Part shown: one piece after another, positions 29,471 through 32,000 of the stretch
How the letters are laid out: each line of letters opens with the position of its first letter
Position numbering within the stretch: position 1 is the first letter of the stretch
Assembly (NCBI RefSeq): GCF_000195955.2
Contig: NC_000962.3
Location: 3,210,001 to 3,242,000, forward strand
From: Mycobacterium tuberculosis H37Rv
GTDB taxonomy: Bacteria; Actinomycetota; Actinomycetes; Mycobacteriales; Mycobacteriaceae
Length of the DNA stretch: 32,000 bases
Reading direction: 5' to 3'
Program-made: the position numbers and the translations under genes
Notes under the pieces: model-generated
What the model saw: the letters and a program-made list of their open reading frames with translations, nothing else
What the model was told of the DNA's origin: nothing
Databases searched by the model: none

Positions 29471-29824
29471 CCAGTGATGATCGCAAGCGCGGCGAAGCCG
29501 GGCGCAGCGGGTCATCACCATCGAACCAGTGATGATCGCAAGCGCGGCGAAGCCGGGCGCAGCGGGTCATCACCATCGAACCAGTGATGATCGCAAGCGC
29601 GGCGAAGCCGGGCGCAGTCCCCCGCAAGCGGGAGGTGCCCCCAGGTCATCACCATCGAACCAGTGATGATCGCAAGCGCGGCGAAGCCGGGCGCAGTCCC
29701 CCGCAAGCGGGAGGTGCCCCCAGGTCATCACCATCGAACCAGTGATGATCGCAAGCGCGGCGAAGCCGGGCGCAGTCCCCCGCAAGCGCGGCAAAGCCGG
29801 CGCCCCCAGGTCATCACCATCAAT
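29471..29824. repeat. MIRU-class composite tandem repeat: 2 x 55 bp, 2 x 79 bp and 1 x 86-bp variant (candidate VNTR-3239/ETR-F)
   Basis: Units at 29471-29525, 29526-29580 (55 bp), 29581-29659, 29660-29738 (79 bp) and 29739-29824 (86 bp). The array fills the rnc-fpg intergenic region exactly, from the fpg ATG to 4 nt before the rnc stop. Confidence 0.95.
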
Positions 29825-29828
29825 CCAG

Positions 29829-30551
29829 TTAGGCGGAGGTTTTGCCCGGCATGGCGTTGTCGAGCACTTCCAGGGCTTTCCAAGCGGCCGCCGCGGCTTT
29901 TTGCTCGGCTTCTTTTTTGGACCGGCCCACTCCTGAACCGTATTCGCTGTCCATCACGACAACCACCGCGGTGAATTCCTTATCGTGGTCCGGGCCGGTG
30001 GAGGTGACCAGGTATGACGGCGCACCCAGCCCTCGCGCTGCAGTCAGCTCCTGCAAGCTGGTCTTCCAATCCAATCCCGCACCCAGGGTCGGCGCGGCGT
30101 CCAGCAACGGGCCAAACAGCCGCAGGATCACCTCACGGGCCTTCTCCATACCGTGTTGCAGGTAGATCGCGCCCAGCAGCGATTCCATACCGTCGGCCAG
30201 AATGCTGGACTTGTCGGCCCCGCCGGTGTTCGCCTCGCCGCGACCCAATAGCACGTGAACACCGAGGCCTTCCGCACAGAGGCGGCGTGCGACGTCGGCC
30301 AGGGCCTGGGTGTTGACTACGCTGGCCCGCAGTTTGGCCAGATCCCCCTCCGACCGATCAGGATGACGATGGAACAGCGCGTCGGTGATGGTCAGCCCTA
30401 GCACGGCATCGCCGAGAAACTCCAAACGCTCGTTGGTCGGCAGCCCGCCGTTCTCGTAGGCGTAGCTGCGGTGGGTCAACGCCAGTGAGAGCAGCTCGTC
30501 CGGGAGGTCCACACCGAGTGCGTCGAGCAGGGGTTGTCGTGACCGGATCAT
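29829..30551 (-). CDS. rnc: Ribonuclease III
   Basis: 240-aa ORF with the RNase III signature [11 protein letters not shown] and a C-terminal dsRBD. Its ATG overlaps the upstream gene's stop as ATGA (30548-30551). Confidence 0.96.
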   Translation of the reverse strand: MIRSRQPLLDALGVDLPDELLSLALTHRSYAYENGGLPTNERLEFLGDAVLGLTITDALFHRHPDRSEGDLAKLRASVVNTQALADVARRLCAEGLGVHVLLGRGEANTGGADKSSILADGMESLLGAIYLQHGMEKAREVILRLFGPLLDAAPTLGAGLDWKTSLQELTAARGLGAPSYLVTSTGPDHDKEFTAVVVVMDSEYGSGVGRSKKEAEQKAAAAAWKALEVLDNAMPGKTSA

Positions 30552-31171
30552 CGCTCACCTCGTAATGTGTCGGACTCCGGCCCGAGCATTTCGACCAACT
30601 TCGCCCACCGCGGGTCGATCTGTTCATGGCGATGACCTGGCTCGCTGGCCAGCGGGACACCGCACTGCGGGCAAAGACCCGGGCAGTCCGGCCGGCACAC
30701 CGGCGAAAACGGCAATTCCAGACCGACCGCATCGATGATCGGCTGCTCGAGATCGATGGTTTCGTCGACGACGCGTCCGACCTCGTCTTCCTCGGTGGTC
30801 TCGTCGGTGGCGCTATCCGGATAGGCAAACAGTTCGGTCAGGGCTACCTGAACGCGACCCCGCACCGGGCTGAGGCAACGAGCACACTCGCCGACGGTCG
30901 GGGCGGCCACGGTCCCGGTCACCAACACGCCTTCGGACACCGACTCGACCCGCAGATCCAGGTCCAGAAGGGCGCCCTGGTCAATCGCGATCAGCTCCAG
31001 CCCGATGCGTGCGGGGCTGTGCACGGTGTCATGCAGCTCGAACATCGCTCCCGGTCGTCGCCCCAACCGTGCGATGTCGACCGTCATCGGCGACGCCACA
31101 TGTCGCTGCGCAGTGGGACCGTGCTGCCTGGCCATAAGAGAAATCCTACGGCGCACGCCACCCAGATCCAC
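30548..31171 (-). CDS. DUF177 / YceD-family protein (Rv2926c-like)
   Basis: Cys cluster [13 protein letters not shown] and an acidic segment typical of DUF177. The track ORF (to 31522) is an Arg/Pro-rich extension. Candidate starts are GTG 31171 (207 aa, as I recall the annotation) or ATG 31135 (195 aa, AGGA about 10 nt upstream). Confidence 0.82.
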   Translation of the reverse strand: MDLGGVRRRISLMARQHGPTAQRHVASPMTVDIARLGRRPGAMFELHDTVHSPARIGLELIAIDQGALLDLDLRVESVSEGVLVTGTVAAPTVGECARCLSPVRGRVQVALTELFAYPDSATDETTEEDEVGRVVDETIDLEQPIIDAVGLELPFSPVCRPDCPGLCPQCGVPLASEPGHRHEQIDPRWAKLVEMLGPESDTLRGER

Positions 31172-31221
31172 GCCGCGTTGGGCGTTGGCCGGCGCTTGAT
31201 CCTTGCGCCGGGTGAATGGTG

Positions 31222-31959
31222 TTAGCGCACCGCGTAGTCGTGAGTGCCGGCCGCTGTGCGGAGCTGGTGGCGACCGCGGCCAACGGACCGCAGGGTGCCG
31301 TTGAGGAATTCCTCGAATTCGGCGAGCTTGTTGTCGACGTAGATATCGCATTCTCCGCGTAGCCGGTCCGCCTCGGCGTGCGCCGTGTCGACGAGGCGGG
31401 TCGATTCCGCGTTGGCCGCCGCAACCACCTCGTTCTGCGATACCAGGCGCTGCTGCTCTTTGATGCCCTCCTGCACGGCTTTCTCGTAGGAGATGTTGCC
31501 GTTTTCGATCAGCCGGTCGCATTCGGCCTGGGCGCGACTGACGCTGGCCTCGTATTCGCGTTTCGCGGCGGTGGCGATGCGAATCGCCTCCTCGCGTGCA
31601 TCGGCGACCATTCGCTCGCTGTGCTGGCGTGCCTCGCTGACCATCCGATCAGCCTGCGCCTTCGCGTCAGACAGGATCCGGTCAGCCTCGGTGCGGGCGT
31701 GGTTGAGTATCGACTCCGCCTCAGTGGTCGCCGAGGACACCATAGAGTCAGCGTGCGTCTTAGCGTCCTGCAACATCGAATCACGTGCGTCGAGGACGTC
31801 CTGCGCGTCATCCAGCTCACCGGGGATCGCATCCTTGATGTCGTCGATCAACTCCAGCACATCCCCACGCGGGACGACGCAACCTGCCGTCATCGGCACG
31901 CCTCGGGCTTCTTCGACTATGGCGCTCAATTCGTCCAGCGCTTCAAAGACTCGGTACAC
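31222..31959 (-). CDS. sepIVA: DivIVA-domain coiled-coil protein (Rv2927c-like; SepIVA in M. smegmatis, as I recall)
   Basis: Coiled-coil repeats (AEADRILSDAKAQADRMVSEARQHSERMVADAREEAIRI). AGGAGG SD: the first GTG (31965) is only 2 nt from it and the second GTG (31959) is 8 nt away, so I call 31959 (245 aa). Confidence 0.85.
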   Translation of the reverse strand: MYRVFEALDELSAIVEEARGVPMTAGCVVPRGDVLELIDDIKDAIPGELDDAQDVLDARDSMLQDAKTHADSMVSSATTEAESILNHARTEADRILSDAKAQADRMVSEARQHSERMVADAREEAIRIATAAKREYEASVSRAQAECDRLIENGNISYEKAVQEGIKEQQRLVSQNEVVAAANAESTRLVDTAHAEADRLRGECDIYVDNKLAEFEEFLNGTLRSVGRGRHQLRTAAGTHDYAVR

Positions 31960-32000
31960 GGCCACACCCTCCTGGCATCTTGCAAGATCCCTGTTGTTAC

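Noticed and set aside
31172-31522. Upstream extension of the DUF177 ORF to 324 aa, overlapping the sepIVA-like gene
   Set aside because: The extension is Arg/Pro/Gly-rich and overlaps the 3' part of the coiled-coil gene in another frame. DUF177 proteins are about 170-210 aa.

Overview
GC-rich (about 65%) actinobacterial core chromosome. Gene content, order and protein sequences match what I recall of the Mycobacterium tuberculosis complex region Rv2900c-Rv2927c (fdhF to sepIVA). If window position 1 equals H37Rv 3,210,001, the two tandem-repeat loci fall at about 3232.6 kb and 3239.5 kb, where the typing loci VNTR-3232 (QUB-3232, 56 bp) and VNTR-3239 (ETR-F, 55/79 bp) get their names. That is recollection, not verified. 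I call 30 CDS, 27 of them on the minus strand and tightly packed with several ATGA or TGAnATG couplings. In window order they are: fdhF (partial), Rv2901c-like, rnhB, lepB, rplS, lppW(+), trmD, rimM, KH protein, rpsP, NTF2-like protein, dacB2(+), TetR, D-aminoacylase, pknI, amidohydrolase, ffh, SF2 helicase-like Rv2917(+), glnD, glnB, amt, ftsY, smc, acyP, OsmC-like protein, fpg, rnc, DUF177 protein, sepIVA-like protein. CDS coordinates include the stop codon. Several track ORFs were trimmed to internal starts supported by SD sequences, signal peptides, upstream-gene stops or conserved N-termini. I saw no rRNA, tRNA, IS element, prophage, CRISPR array, or defence, secretion or biosynthetic island. 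I find no evidence for a novel multi-gene system; this is housekeeping DNA. The signals the CDS map does not explain are small structured non-coding elements: (1) two MIRU-class tandem arrays carrying chained mini-ORFs, one of which reads in frame into fpg; (2) compensatory base-pair changes between the two arrays; (3) a perfect 19-bp inverted repeat that encloses the annotated start of Rv2917 in the ffh/Rv2917 divergent region; (4) two related hairpins sharing GCGAGCAGACG/CGTCTGCT arms at convergent gene ends; (5) an identical 13-mer about 140 nt upstream of both ribosomal-protein operons; (6) a 21-bp imperfect inverted repeat between fpg and the OsmC-like gene.
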